Source: Erysipelotrichaceae bacterium
Lineage (GTDB): Bacteria; Bacillota_I; Bacilli_A; Erysipelotrichales; Erysipelotrichaceae
Assembly (NCBI GenBank): GCA_963676105.1
Contig: OY781039.1
Location: 1,440,001 to 1,472,000, forward strand
Direction of reading: 5' to 3'
DNA: 32,000 nucleotides
Shown here in pieces: positions 1 to 9,465 of this stretch; positions within the stretch are counted from its first letter, which is position 1, and every line of letters begins with the position of its first letter. Below the pieces are notes generated by a model that was not told the DNA's origin, did not search any database, and saw only the letters and a list, made by a program, of their open reading frames with translations. The position numbers were made by a program, and so were the translations under genes.

Positions 1-1035
1 TTTTTACGCTTAGGCTTCTTTGCATTTGGTGGTCCTGCCGCTCATATTGCCATGTTGGAAAGAGAATGTGTTGAAAAAAGACAATGGCTATCTGAAGAAG
101 AATTCTTAGATTTAATTTCACTTACAAACTTAATCCCTGGTCCTAACTCGACTGAAATGGTTTTACACATGGGTTATTTAAAAGCTAAAGGTAAGGGTAT
201 GCTTGTTGCAGGTGCAGCCTTTATCTTACCTGCTATGTCAATGGTCTTGGCTTTAGCCTATATCTTAAAAACCTATGGTACTTTACCTGAAGTTGAAGCA
301 ATTTTACTTGCGATTACACCGGTTATTGTAGCGCTTATCGCATCCGTCGGTTATAAACTATCTGCTAAACAGTTGAAGGATACTAAGACAATATTAGTCT
401 TTGTATCTATATTTATTATTTCATTCTTAGGTATACAAGAGTTATTAATTCTGGCGATTGCAGGATTACTCTATTTCATATTTGATCGATATAGTAAACA
501 AACATTAGTCGTTGAACCATTGTCACTCATTGGTTTATTCTTAGTCTTCTTAAAAATAGGTTCTGTTTTATATGGAAGTGGTTATGTATTACTATCCTTC
601 TTAAATTCAGAGTTACTTGTTCCAGGTTACTTGGATGCGCAAACCATTATTGATGCCTTAACCATTGGGCAGCTCACCCCTGGTCCAGTCTTTACAACCT
701 CTACAGCGATTGGTTATTTTATGCATGATTTACCAGGTGCAATTGTCGCAACCATCGGTATCTTCTTGCCTTCATTCCTATTTGTTTATTTCTTACATCC
801 TCTATTTCCTAAGATGAGACAGAACAAATATCTTAGTTTAATTCTTGATGGTGTTCGTTTAGGTTCATTGGCTTTGATTTTCAAAGTTGTCTTTGATTTA
901 GGTTTAAATCTAGATATGACACAAATTGTTGTTAGTCTATTTGCCTTTATCATTTTAATAAAAACAAAACTCAATCCTACCTGGTTAATTCTATCAATGG
1001 GACTGTTTGGATATATATCTAGCTTAGTCATATAA
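1..1035 (+). CDS. chrA: Chromate transporter, CHR/ChrA family (5' end lies left of the window)
   Basis: Frame 1 is open from nt 1 (FLRLGFFAFGGPAAHIA precedes the listed Met at 52), so the CDS is 5'-truncated. CHR hallmarks are GFFAFGGP, LIPGPNSTE and, in the second half, QLTPGPVFTT. Many hydrophobic helices. Confidence 0.85.
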   Translation, partial: FLRLGFFAFGGPAAHIAMLERECVEKRQWLSEEEFLDLISLTNLIPGPNSTEMVLHMGYLKAKGKGMLVAGAAFILPAMSMVLALAYILKTYGTLPEVEAILLAITPVIVALIASVGYKLSAKQLKDTKTILVFVSIFIISFLGIQELLILAIAGLLYFIFDRYSKQTLVVEPLSLIGLFLVFLKIGSVLYGSGYVLLSFLNSELLVPGYLDAQTIIDALTIGQLTPGPVFTTSTAIGYFMHDLPGAIVATIGIFLPSFLFVYFLHPLFPKMRQNKYLSLILDGVRLGSLALIFKVVFDLGLNLDMTQIVVSLFAFIILIKTKLNPTWLILSMGLFGYISSLVI

Positions 1036-1072
1036 ACTTGGAACTTTGTTTCAAAAAATTTCTATATAATAA

Positions 1073-2473
<1,401 letters not shown>

Positions 2474-2480
2474 TCTAGAA

Positions 2481-2509
2481 ATGACATCCTAACGGGTGTC
2501 ATTTTTTTT
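2481..2509 (+). terminator. Intrinsic terminator after the GH1 gene
   Basis: ATGACATCC-TAAC-GGGTGTCAT (one G.U pair) followed by T8, starting 8 nt after the stop codon. Confidence 0.75.
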
Positions 2510-2517
2510 GGTATGAT
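2509..2517 (+). promoter_or_regulatory. Extended -10 box TGgTATGAT, 6 nt before the ADH-like ATG (leaderless geometry)
   Basis: Read directly: ttttTGgTATGATaggttcATG. No SD present. Confidence 0.4.
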
Positions 2518-2523
2518 AGGTTC

Positions 2524-3570
2524 ATGATTAAATTCACTGAAACTCACTTTATCCACGACGATTATTCCATCATCAAATCATTCATACAAAATGAAACCGT
2601 TGTTTTTTTAGGTGGAGAAACAGCTCTTTCACAAGCCATGCCTCATCTTTATGAACACCTGGAAAATATTAAACACAGTGTTAAGATCTATGGCAAAGAA
2701 TGCAGCCATGAAAATGCTGATAAATTCAAAGCTGATCAAGATGTTTTAAATGCCACTGTTATTATCGGTGTTGGTGGTGGTAAAGCCATTGACTTAAGCA
2801 AATACGTCGCGAAAGATTTAAATAAAAAGTTGTACACTATTCCAACCATCGCATCAACTTGTGCTGCAAGTTCAAGTGTTTCAGTTGTCTACGATCACAC
2901 AGACCATCACTATGTTGGTGTTCAACAATATGAAACTGCTCCTGATGTGTGTTTTATACCGTTACAAATAATTGCAGAAGCCCCTTATAAATACTTATGG
3001 GCTGGTATTGGTGATACCATCGCAAAACCCATTGAGATGGATATGACACTTAGACACAGAGAACAAACTGTGAATATGCAGTTAGCTCGTAATTTAACTC
3101 AACTTTGTTTAACTGAGTGTTTAACATATGGCGAAGATGCATTAGAAGCAGTCAAAAGAAAAACTGATAATCTTGCCTTAGAACATGTAGCCTACGCCAT
3201 CATTGCGAATACAGGTTTTGCATCCTGTTTAATGCATTTAAGATACGGTACAAGTCTTGCCCATTCAATTCACAACGCACTCGTAAGTTGGAAAGAAATT
3301 CATGACAATCATATACATGGTGAAATTGTCGCATATGGATTATTGGTACTCCTTCAAATGGATCAAAACAAAAAAGTCCATGATCAACTCACAGACTTCT
3401 ATCACAAAATAAAACTACCAACTCAACTCAAAGAATTAGATATGAAAAATGATGATAAAACTATAGATGAAATCGTCCTCGGAACTTTACAGGATGAGTT
3501 CTTAGTTGAAACTTGTTATCCAGTTACCTTTAATTTAGTCAAAGATGCCTTCATTAAACAAGAAAGATAA
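2524..3570 (+). CDS. Group III iron-containing alcohol dehydrogenase family, glycerol-dehydrogenase-like oxidoreductase
   Basis: GVGGGKAIDLSKYVA nucleotide loop, GIGDTIAKPIE, and His ligand contexts LAHSIHNAL and HGEIVAYG, as in GldA-type enzymes. No SD upstream; a TGgTATGAT box sits 6 nt before the ATG. Confidence 0.85.
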   Translation: MIKFTETHFIHDDYSIIKSFIQNETVVFLGGETALSQAMPHLYEHLENIKHSVKIYGKECSHENADKFKADQDVLNATVIIGVGGGKAIDLSKYVAKDLNKKLYTIPTIASTCAASSSVSVVYDHTDHHYVGVQQYETAPDVCFIPLQIIAEAPYKYLWAGIGDTIAKPIEMDMTLRHREQTVNMQLARNLTQLCLTECLTYGEDALEAVKRKTDNLALEHVAYAIIANTGFASCLMHLRYGTSLAHSIHNALVSWKEIHDNHIHGEIVAYGLLVLLQMDQNKKVHDQLTDFYHKIKLPTQLKELDMKNDDKTIDEIVLGTLQDEFLVETCYPVTFNLVKDAFIKQER

Positions 3571-3597
3571 AAGACGCAATTTGCGTCTTATTTTTTT
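3571..3597. terminator. Shared hairpin between the convergent ADH-like gene and murQ
   Basis: AAGACGCAA/TTGCGTCTT inverted repeat followed by T7 on the + strand. It overlaps the murQ stop codon (3588-3590). Confidence 0.6.
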
Positions 3598-4484
3598 AAA
3601 GTCTTTCTGATAAATCCATTTGCCTTTTCAAGTTTACTTTCTGCACTAAAGGCATCACAACGATTAAGAATCATCACAATCGCAACCTTAGGACGATAGT
3701 CAGCTTGAATAAGTTTTTCTTCAGCTACATGATAATCACAATCGGTTGCTTCCATGATAATTCGCTTTGCCCGATCCATAAGTTTTACATTAGAAGGATT
3801 TACATCAACCATTAAATTTGAATAAGCTTTACCTAAACCTATCATAGATGCGGTAGACAACATGTTTAAAACCATCTTTTGAGCTGTACCTGATTTTAGT
3901 CTGGTTGAACCCGTTAAAATTTCTGGTCCTACTTCTACTTCAATAGGTATTTCAGAAATCTTACCCATCTCTGTATCTTTATTACAAGTAATTGAAATTG
4001 TATGAGCACCAAGTTTATTGGCATATTCTAAACCACCAATACAATAAGGTGTTCTACCACTTGCCGCTACACCAACGGCGACATCATTTTTAGTAAAGTT
4101 CAAAGCCTTGAGTTCTTCTACACACAAATCTTTAGAATCTTCTGCATGTTCAATTGAATTTCTTAGGGCATCATCACCACCGGCAATCAAACCAATAAAC
4201 TCTTCACTAGATGAAAAAGTTGGTGGAATTTCTGATGCATCTAAAACAGCTAATCTTCCACTTGTTCCTGCCCCAAACACAATCACTCTTCCATGATTAT
4301 TGAGTTGTTCAATAATCACATCAACGGCTTTTGCGATGATTTCAACTTCTTTTTCAACCGCATAAGCAACTTGCTTATCTTCATCGTTCATTAGCTTTAC
4401 GATGTCTAAACTTGAGCGTGCATCTAAGTCCATAGAGTTGGGGTGTCTTGATTCAGTTGTAAGTTTCTTTAGATCTTTGTTCAT
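3588..4484 (-). CDS. murQ: N-acetylmuramic acid 6-phosphate etherase
   Basis: SIS-domain etherase motifs FGAGTSGRL, GVAASGRTPY and LTGSTRLKSGTAQK. Length of 298 aa is typical. Confidence 0.93.
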   Translation of the reverse strand: MNKDLKKLTTESRHPNSMDLDARSSLDIVKLMNDEDKQVAYAVEKEVEIIAKAVDVIIEQLNNHGRVIVFGAGTSGRLAVLDASEIPPTFSSSEEFIGLIAGGDDALRNSIEHAEDSKDLCVEELKALNFTKNDVAVGVAASGRTPYCIGGLEYANKLGAHTISITCNKDTEMGKISEIPIEVEVGPEILTGSTRLKSGTAQKMVLNMLSTASMIGLGKAYSNLMVDVNPSNVKLMDRAKRIIMEATDCDYHVAEEKLIQADYRPKVAIVMILNRCDAFSAESKLEKANGFIRKTLKK

Positions 4485-4490
4485 AACTCT

Positions 4491-4496
4491 ATTGTA
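4491..4496 (-). promoter_or_regulatory. -10-like TACAAT, 6 nt before the murQ ATG (leaderless geometry)
   Basis: Minus strand reads ttttttttgtttaggcgTACAATagagttATG. No SD. Lies directly after the EIIA terminator. Confidence 0.35.
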
Positions 4497-4504
4497 CGCC
4501 TAAA

Positions 4505-4538
4505 CAAAAAAAAGAGAATTCTTTGATTGAATTCTCTT
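4505..4538 (-). terminator. Intrinsic terminator after the PTS EIIA gene
   Basis: Minus strand: AAGAGAATTC-aatcaaa-GAATTCTCTT followed by T8-9. Confidence 0.78.
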
Positions 4539-4562
4539 CTTTAGAGTTTCTTAATTTAAGAA

Positions 4563-4874
4563 TTAAGCACCGATTTTTTTATAAACGTCGATCATTTCTT
4601 CAGCTAATAGCTTGAAGACTTCTGCGCTCATAACTTGGTCTTCTGCGTGGATAAGTAGAATGTTTGCGCCTACTTCTTCACCAGCAGCGAATTTTTGAAT
4701 TAAATCAGCATGTACGTGGTGAGCTTCTGTAAAAGCTTCATCGCCTTGTTTGATTAATTCTTTAGCGTCGTCATAACGACCTTCTTTTGCAGCTTGTAAT
4801 GCTTCAACGAATGAAGAACGTGCTGTACCAGCAGCTGCGATAATTTGAAAACTTACGAGTTCTAAACCTTCCAT
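4563..4874 (-). CDS. PTS EIIA component, lactose/cellobiose family
   Basis: 103-aa all-helical protein with the conserved phospho-His context ILLIHAEDQ. SD is AAAGGAG. It has its own promoter-like and terminator signals. Confidence 0.88.
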   Translation of the reverse strand: MEGLELVSFQIIAAAGTARSSFVEALQAAKEGRYDDAKELIKQGDEAFTEAHHVHADLIQKFAAGEEVGANILLIHAEDQVMSAEVFKLLAEEMIDVYKKIGA

Positions 4875-4914
4875 GATTACTCCTTTATTTTTGTATTACA
4901 CAAAATTCTTTTTT

Positions 4915-4943
4915 ATTTTATATGCTTAAGCCTATCTTTACAA
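4915..4943 (-). promoter_or_regulatory. Sigma-A-like promoter for the EIIA gene
   Basis: Minus strand: TTGTAA (4938-4943), 17 nt, TAAAAT (4915-4920). An inverted repeat TTTTGT-attac-ACAAAA (4889-4905) lies between the -10 and the SD. Confidence 0.4.
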
Positions 4944-4958
4944 GGAACTTTTAAGAAT

Positions 4959-4973
4959 TGGCACAATGTGCCA
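4959..4973 (-). terminator. Possible weak purB terminator or operator palindrome TGGCAC-N3-GTGCCA
   Basis: 6-bp perfect arms with a 3-nt centre. On the minus strand it is followed by AUUCUUAAAAGUU, which is only moderately U-rich. Confidence 0.3.
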
Positions 4974-5014
4974 CAAATTAATTGTTTATATTTTCACTAT
5001 TTCCCGGTTAATAT

Positions 5015-6307
5015 TTAGATACCAACACGTTTAAAGATTGAATCAACTTCACGTAAATAAAATTCTACATCGAAACTAGAATCGAGTTCGTCTTGTGTGA
5101 ATACAGACATTACACGATCACTTGCTTCAAGTAATGTTTTGAAATCTTTTTTATTTGTCCATGCATCCATTGCGATTGGTTGAATCATGTCATAGGCTTC
5201 TTCACGAACCCACCCTTTTTCATCGATGAGCACATTCATAATTCTTTGCGCAAAGATAACACCATGGGTTAAACCAATATTAGCCAACATGCGATCTTCA
5301 AATAAACCGATGTTCTTCATTAAGCCAATCATACGATTTAAGGCATAATCTAATAATATTGTCGCGTCAGGCATAATGATTCTCTCAACTGATGAGTGTG
5401 AAATATCACGTTCATGCCATAGAGGAATATTTTCATAAGCCGCTAACATGTAACCACGAATGACACGTGAAGCACCCGTAATGTTTTCAAATGAAATTGG
5501 ATTACGTTTATGAGGCATTGCGCTTGATCCTTTTTGACCCTTCGCAAATCCTTCTTCTACTTCACGTACTTCTGTACGTTGTAGGTGTCTCATCTCAACG
5601 GATATTTTTTCTAAAGTGCCCGCAATTAATGCGAGTGTTGATAAATAAAATGCGTGACGATCACGTTGAAGTGTTTGTGTAGAAATCTTAGCAGAATTAA
5701 TCCCTAACAACTTACATGTTTCATCTTGCAGAGGAATGCCTGTATAAACATGATTTCCAACAGCTCCAGAAATTTTACCTGTTTGAACATCTTCACAAGC
5801 CATATCAAATCGTTCAATTTGACGATTAATTTCTTCAACCCATAAGGCAAACTTCAAACCAAAACTTGTAATCTCCGCATGGACTCCATGCGTACGTCCA
5901 ATACAAGGATAGTGCTTAGTTTGTTGTGCTTTTTCAATTAAAACTGCTTTTAATTGTTGAAGATCGTCTTTTAAAATTTCATTCGCTTCTTTATATAAAA
6001 GGGCATATGATGTGTCAACGACATCAGTTGATGTCAAGCCATAGTGTATCCAACGTTTTTCTTCGCCTAAACTCTCAGATACACAACGTGTAAATGCGAC
6101 TACATCATGTCGTGTTGTTTTTTCAATTTCTTCTATACGTTCAATGTTGAAAGTTGCTTTTCTTAGTTTAGCCATTTCATCATCCGTAATTTTTCCTTGT
6201 TGATGATAAACCTCACAAACCGCTAATTCAACTTTTAACCATGCTTCAAATTTGGATTGTTCACTCCAAACATTCTGCATTACTTCTCTCGAATATCTCT
6301 CTATCAT
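5015..6307 (-). CDS. purB: Adenylosuccinate lyase
   Basis: Fumarate-lyase signature SSAMPHKRNP and full-length PurB-like sequence. Start set at MIERYS (6307), which has GAAAGGGA upstream. The track start at 6325 only adds MHRKGC. Confidence 0.94.
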   Translation of the reverse strand: MIERYSREVMQNVWSEQSKFEAWLKVELAVCEVYHQQGKITDDEMAKLRKATFNIERIEEIEKTTRHDVVAFTRCVSESLGEEKRWIHYGLTSTDVVDTSYALLYKEANEILKDDLQQLKAVLIEKAQQTKHYPCIGRTHGVHAEITSFGLKFALWVEEINRQIERFDMACEDVQTGKISGAVGNHVYTGIPLQDETCKLLGINSAKISTQTLQRDRHAFYLSTLALIAGTLEKISVEMRHLQRTEVREVEEGFAKGQKGSSAMPHKRNPISFENITGASRVIRGYMLAAYENIPLWHERDISHSSVERIIMPDATILLDYALNRMIGLMKNIGLFEDRMLANIGLTHGVIFAQRIMNVLIDEKGWVREEAYDMIQPIAMDAWTNKKDFKTLLEASDRVMSVFTQDELDSSFDVEFYLREVDSIFKRVGI

Positions 6308-6332
6308 ACATCCCTTTCTATGCACGTCTATA

Positions 6333-6341
6333 TGCTATACT
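6333..6341 (+). promoter_or_regulatory. Extended -10 box TGcTATACT, 9 nt before the yigZ ATG
   Basis: Lies in the 43-bp purB/yigZ divergent gap. No SD before ATG 6351. Confidence 0.35.
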
Positions 6342-6350
6342 TTAGACGCA

Positions 6351-6956
6351 ATGTCATATCGCCTACATCATAACACAGAGCACTCTATCACCCTTAAAAA
6401 ATCAGAATTTTTAACCTATCTTTTTAGAATAGATTCTTATGATGAAGTTCAAGAGATTATAAAAGATATTCGCAAACAACATTACAAGGCAACACATGTT
6501 TGTACAGCCTTTAGAATCAATGAGCGTGAACAGGCAAATGATGATGGTGAACCAAGTGGTACAGCAGGTCAACCAATGTTAGAAGCTTTACGTTCAATGG
6601 ATGTTGAAAATATCTTAGCAATTGTTGTTCGTTATTATGGTGGTATACAACTTGGTGCTTCTGGTTTAATCAGAGCTTATAGATCATCAGTTGTTGAAGC
6701 TATTAATCAAGCTGAATTAACGACTGTTCAAGAAATTACTGAATTAGTCGTATCTATTGATTACTCTCACTTAGATCAAAAATTATTAGCAATCGAAAAA
6801 ATCGCAGAGATTGTTGAAAAGACATTTGATACAGAAGTTATGCTAAGATGTCATACACAAGAAGATATTAAAAATAAGTTAAACGAAATCACCAATGGAC
6901 AAATAAAAATACTCTCAGAAGAGAAAAAATTCATAGAAAAACTCGAAAGGAAATAG
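6351..6956 (+). CDS. yigZ: YigZ/IMPACT family protein (UPF0029 N-domain + DUF1949-like C-domain)
   Basis: Conserved DDGEPSGTAGQPML and VVRYYGGIQLG motifs. Start set at Met34 of the track ORF (ATG 6351), because the upstream 33 codons overlap the purB 5' end and look non-coding. Confidence 0.85.
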   Translation: MSYRLHHNTEHSITLKKSEFLTYLFRIDSYDEVQEIIKDIRKQHYKATHVCTAFRINEREQANDDGEPSGTAGQPMLEALRSMDVENILAIVVRYYGGIQLGASGLIRAYRSSVVEAINQAELTTVQEITELVVSIDYSHLDQKLLAIEKIAEIVEKTFDTEVMLRCHTQEDIKNKLNEITNGQIKILSEEKKFIEKLERK

Positions 6957-6958
6957 AC

Positions 6959-7249
6959 ATGGCAGAAGAACATATCCTATGTGCAAAATATGAAGAAGTA
7001 ATTTCCTGGTTAGGTAAAAAATGGACTGGCCTCATATTAAGATGCCTTAGTTTTCAACCTATGCGTTTCAAAGAACTATCACGTTGTGTGAATGCTTGTA
7101 GTGAAAAAGTCTTAACTGAACGCTTAAAAGAACTTCAAGAAATTAAATTGGTAGAACAAATTGATGGCCACTATACCTTAACGGATTTAGGACAAAAACT
7201 TATACCAACCATGGATGCGATTCAAGCATTCGCAGATGAAAACTTATAA
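6959..7249 (+). CDS. HxlR/DUF24-family winged-helix transcriptional regulator (YodB/QsrR-like)
   Basis: 96 aa with an N-terminal Cys8 followed by LGKKWTGLILRCL and RFKEL, then the wing TLTDLG. Starts 2 nt after the yigZ stop. Confidence 0.85.
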   Translation: MAEEHILCAKYEEVISWLGKKWTGLILRCLSFQPMRFKELSRCVNACSEKVLTERLKELQEIKLVEQIDGHYTLTDLGQKLIPTMDAIQAFADENL

Positions 7250-7274
7250 TACTTACAAAAAGTAAGCATATTGA

Positions 7275-7304
7275 TTGAAAGAGGGATAAGCCCTCTTTTA
7301 TAAT
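7275..7304 (+). promoter_or_regulatory. wrbA promoter with a palindrome in the spacer (also a possible weak hxlR terminator)
   Basis: TTGAAA (7275-7280), 18 nt, TATAAT (7299-7304). The spacer is filled by AAGAGGG-ataag-CCCTCTT (7279-7297). Confidence 0.45.
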
Positions 7305-7339
7305 TTATCTAAGTTGTTTAACACAACAAGGAGAAAACT

Positions 7340-7939
7340 ATGAGTTTAAAATTATCTGTTATTTATTACAGCACCTACGGTTCAAATACTCAAATTGCTC
7401 AATGGGCAAAAGAGGAGGGTGAGAGATTAGGTGCAGAAGTACGTGTACGCCAAGTACAAGAGTTAGCCCCACAAGCTGTGATTGATTCACAAGCAGGCTG
7501 GAAAGCAAATCAAGAAGCGACGAAAGATACACCAGTTGCGACATCCGATGATATTGAATGGGCGGATGCAATACTGTTCTCAGTTCCATCACGCTTTGGA
7601 AATGTGCCTTCACAATTCAAACAGTTCATCGATACACAAGGTGGTTTATGGGCAAGTGGTAAAACCATTAATAAAGTGGTCAGTGCGACAAGCTCAGCGC
7701 AAAACCCACATGGTGGACAAGAAGCAACTATCTTAAGTTTATATACGTCCATGTATCACTGGGGTGCCTTAGTGGTTGCACCAGGTTATACTGATCCAGC
7801 CATTAGCTTAGCCGGTGGTAATCCATACGGTACAAGTGTCACCATTAACCAAGAAGGTAAAATGGTTGAAGATGTTAAACCAGCCATCCAACATCAAGTA
7901 AAGAGGATGTTAGATATTGCGGCAAAAATCAAAGTTTAA
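7340..7939 (+). CDS. wrbA: NAD(P)H:quinone oxidoreductase, WrbA type (flavodoxin-like)
   Basis: VIYYSTYGSNT FMN loop, PSRFGNVPSQFKQFID and HGGQE. AAGGAGA SD upstream. Noticeably GC-richer than its neighbours. Confidence 0.9.
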   Translation: MSLKLSVIYYSTYGSNTQIAQWAKEEGERLGAEVRVRQVQELAPQAVIDSQAGWKANQEATKDTPVATSDDIEWADAILFSVPSRFGNVPSQFKQFIDTQGGLWASGKTINKVVSATSSAQNPHGGQEATILSLYTSMYHWGALVVAPGYTDPAISLAGGNPYGTSVTINQEGKMVEDVKPAIQHQVKRMLDIAAKIKV

Positions 7940-7964
7940 AAAAATGTAGATTTCTACATTTTTA
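7939..7964. terminator. Bidirectional terminator between wrbA and the DMT permease gene
   Basis: AAAAATGTAG-attt-CTACATTTTT, with an A-run on one side and a T-run on the other. Confidence 0.6.
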
Positions 7965-7986
7965 TTTTTACATTGTTAATTGTATA

Positions 7987-8844
7987 TCACAATATGCGTT
8001 TAAATACACGTATAATTCGAGGACCTATTTCAATCATCACAACTGATGACATCATCAGTGCTCCACCGATAATCAGTTTAAAACTGAGTGGCTCAGATAA
8101 AAGAAGTATCGCAAAGAGAGCTCCGAAGAAGGATTCTAATGTCATAAGTAAACCCGCAACGGTTGGATGGGTATGTGCTTGTCCATAAACCATGGTAAAC
8201 ATCGCAACTCCACTTGCCATTATTCCGATATACAACATGAAACCATAACCACTTGTAGGTAGTGCTTCGCCTTCAAAAAAGGCAAAGATAAAACCTAAGA
8301 TGGATAGTGTATAGGTTTGAATAGCTGTCGCTGATACTAAATCACCTAGACGTGTAAGTCTTTCATTTAGAATGATATGTACCGCAAAAAAGAAAGCACA
8401 AGCAATAATTAATAGATCGCCTATATTAATAGAGAAGGTAGAGTCTAAACTTAGAAATGCTGTTCCACTAACTGCGAATACAATCGCAATAAAAATACTT
8501 GTTGTCATCTTATGTTGACGCCATAAAAGTAGCGGCACAAAGACAACATATAAAACCGTGATAAAGGATGTGTTTTGTACGGTCGATAACATTTGTCCAT
8601 AAGTTTGAAAAAGTAAACCTAAGAATAAAAACAAACCAACAATCATACCTTCAATCATTAATCGTTTGTTTAACCAAAACTTTTTCTTGTAACTAAAGAG
8701 CGTTAAAAAAAGACCACCAATAAGTCCACGCATTCCTAGTATTTGAAAAGTTGTCCACCCACCATCTAAGGCTAAGTCTATAAAGGAAAATGAAACACCC
8801 CAAATTAAAGCTGTTAAGATTAGTGATAATTTACCCTTATTCAT
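7987..8844 (-). CDS. DMT-superfamily (EamA-like) permease
   Basis: 285 aa with about 10 hydrophobic helices arranged as two EamA-like halves. The ATG overlaps the xpt stop (ATGAATAA, 8837-8844). Confidence 0.85.
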   Translation of the reverse strand: MNKGKLSLILTALIWGVSFSFIDLALDGGWTTFQILGMRGLIGGLFLTLFSYKKKFWLNKRLMIEGMIVGLFLFLGLLFQTYGQMLSTVQNTSFITVLYVVFVPLLLWRQHKMTTSIFIAIVFAVSGTAFLSLDSTFSINIGDLLIIACAFFFAVHIILNERLTRLGDLVSATAIQTYTLSILGFIFAFFEGEALPTSGYGFMLYIGIMASGVAMFTMVYGQAHTHPTVAGLLMTLESFFGALFAILLLSEPLSFKLIIGGALMMSSVVMIEIGPRIIRVFKRIL

Positions 8845-9415
8845 CTCTTAAAATTACTTTCCCATTCTCAATATGATCAATAATGGCACAAGATACTAAA
8901 TCAACATTCATGTCTCTGAGTGTTTGACCACCAGTATCAAAACCTTTTTCAATTGCGATTCCAACACCAACACAATTTGCTTGTGCTTGATCAATTAAAT
9001 TCATTAAACCTAACACCGCATGACCCTTAGCTAAAAAGTCATCGATCACTAAGATATTCATTTCTTTTTGAATGAAATCTTTTGACACATAGATACGTGT
9101 ATCAATATTTTTCGTTGCGCTATGAACAATGGTTGTATAAATATTTTCTTGATGTAGAGAGTTATTACCTTTTTTCGCAAATAAAACTGGAACATTTAAT
9201 TTCTGTGCAGCCATGATTGCCAAGGCAATTCCGGATGCTTCAATCGTTAATATTAAATCAATTTCTTTATCCTTAAAGGCATCAAAAAAGATAGTTCCCA
9301 TCTTATCTATTAACTCAATATTTAAACGATGGTTTAAAAATCCATCTACTTTTACCATTGAATCATTAACGACAATCGCTTCTTCTAATATACGTTCTCT
9401 TAATTCTTGAATCAT
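8837..9415 (-). CDS. xpt: Xanthine phosphoribosyltransferase
   Basis: Type-I PRT PRPP loop ILVIDDFLAKGHA and Xpt-like N-terminus (VDGFLNHRL). 192 aa. Confidence 0.92.
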   Translation of the reverse strand: MIQELRERILEEAIVVNDSMVKVDGFLNHRLNIELIDKMGTIFFDAFKDKEIDLILTIEASGIALAIMAAQKLNVPVLFAKKGNNSLHQENIYTTIVHSATKNIDTRIYVSKDFIQKEMNILVIDDFLAKGHAVLGLMNLIDQAQANCVGVGIAIEKGFDTGGQTLRDMNVDLVSCAIIDHIENGKVILRDE

Positions 9416-9424
9416 AATGAGATA

Positions 9425-9433
9425 ATTCTACCA
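9425..9433 (-). promoter_or_regulatory. Extended -10 box TGgTAGAAT, 9 nt before the xpt ATG
   Basis: Minus strand: gtgggtTTTTTattgcttaagTGgTAGAATtatctcattATG. No SD. Confidence 0.35.
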
Positions 9434-9440
9434 CTTAAGC

Positions 9441-9465
9441 AATAAAAAACCCACATTGAGTGGGT
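9441..9465 (-). terminator. Intrinsic terminator after prs
   Basis: Minus strand: ACCCAC-tcaat-GTGGGT followed by TTTTTATT. The hairpin starts 3 nt after the prs stop. Confidence 0.7.

Noticed and set aside
4959-4973. TGGCAC in TTGGCACAATGTGCCA resembling a sigma-54 -24 element.
   Set aside because: The GC of the would-be -12 element is 10 nt from the GG instead of the required 12, there is no TTGCW, and no sigma-54 activator (EBP) gene is nearby. It is better explained as a small palindrome, acting as a weak purB terminator or an operator.
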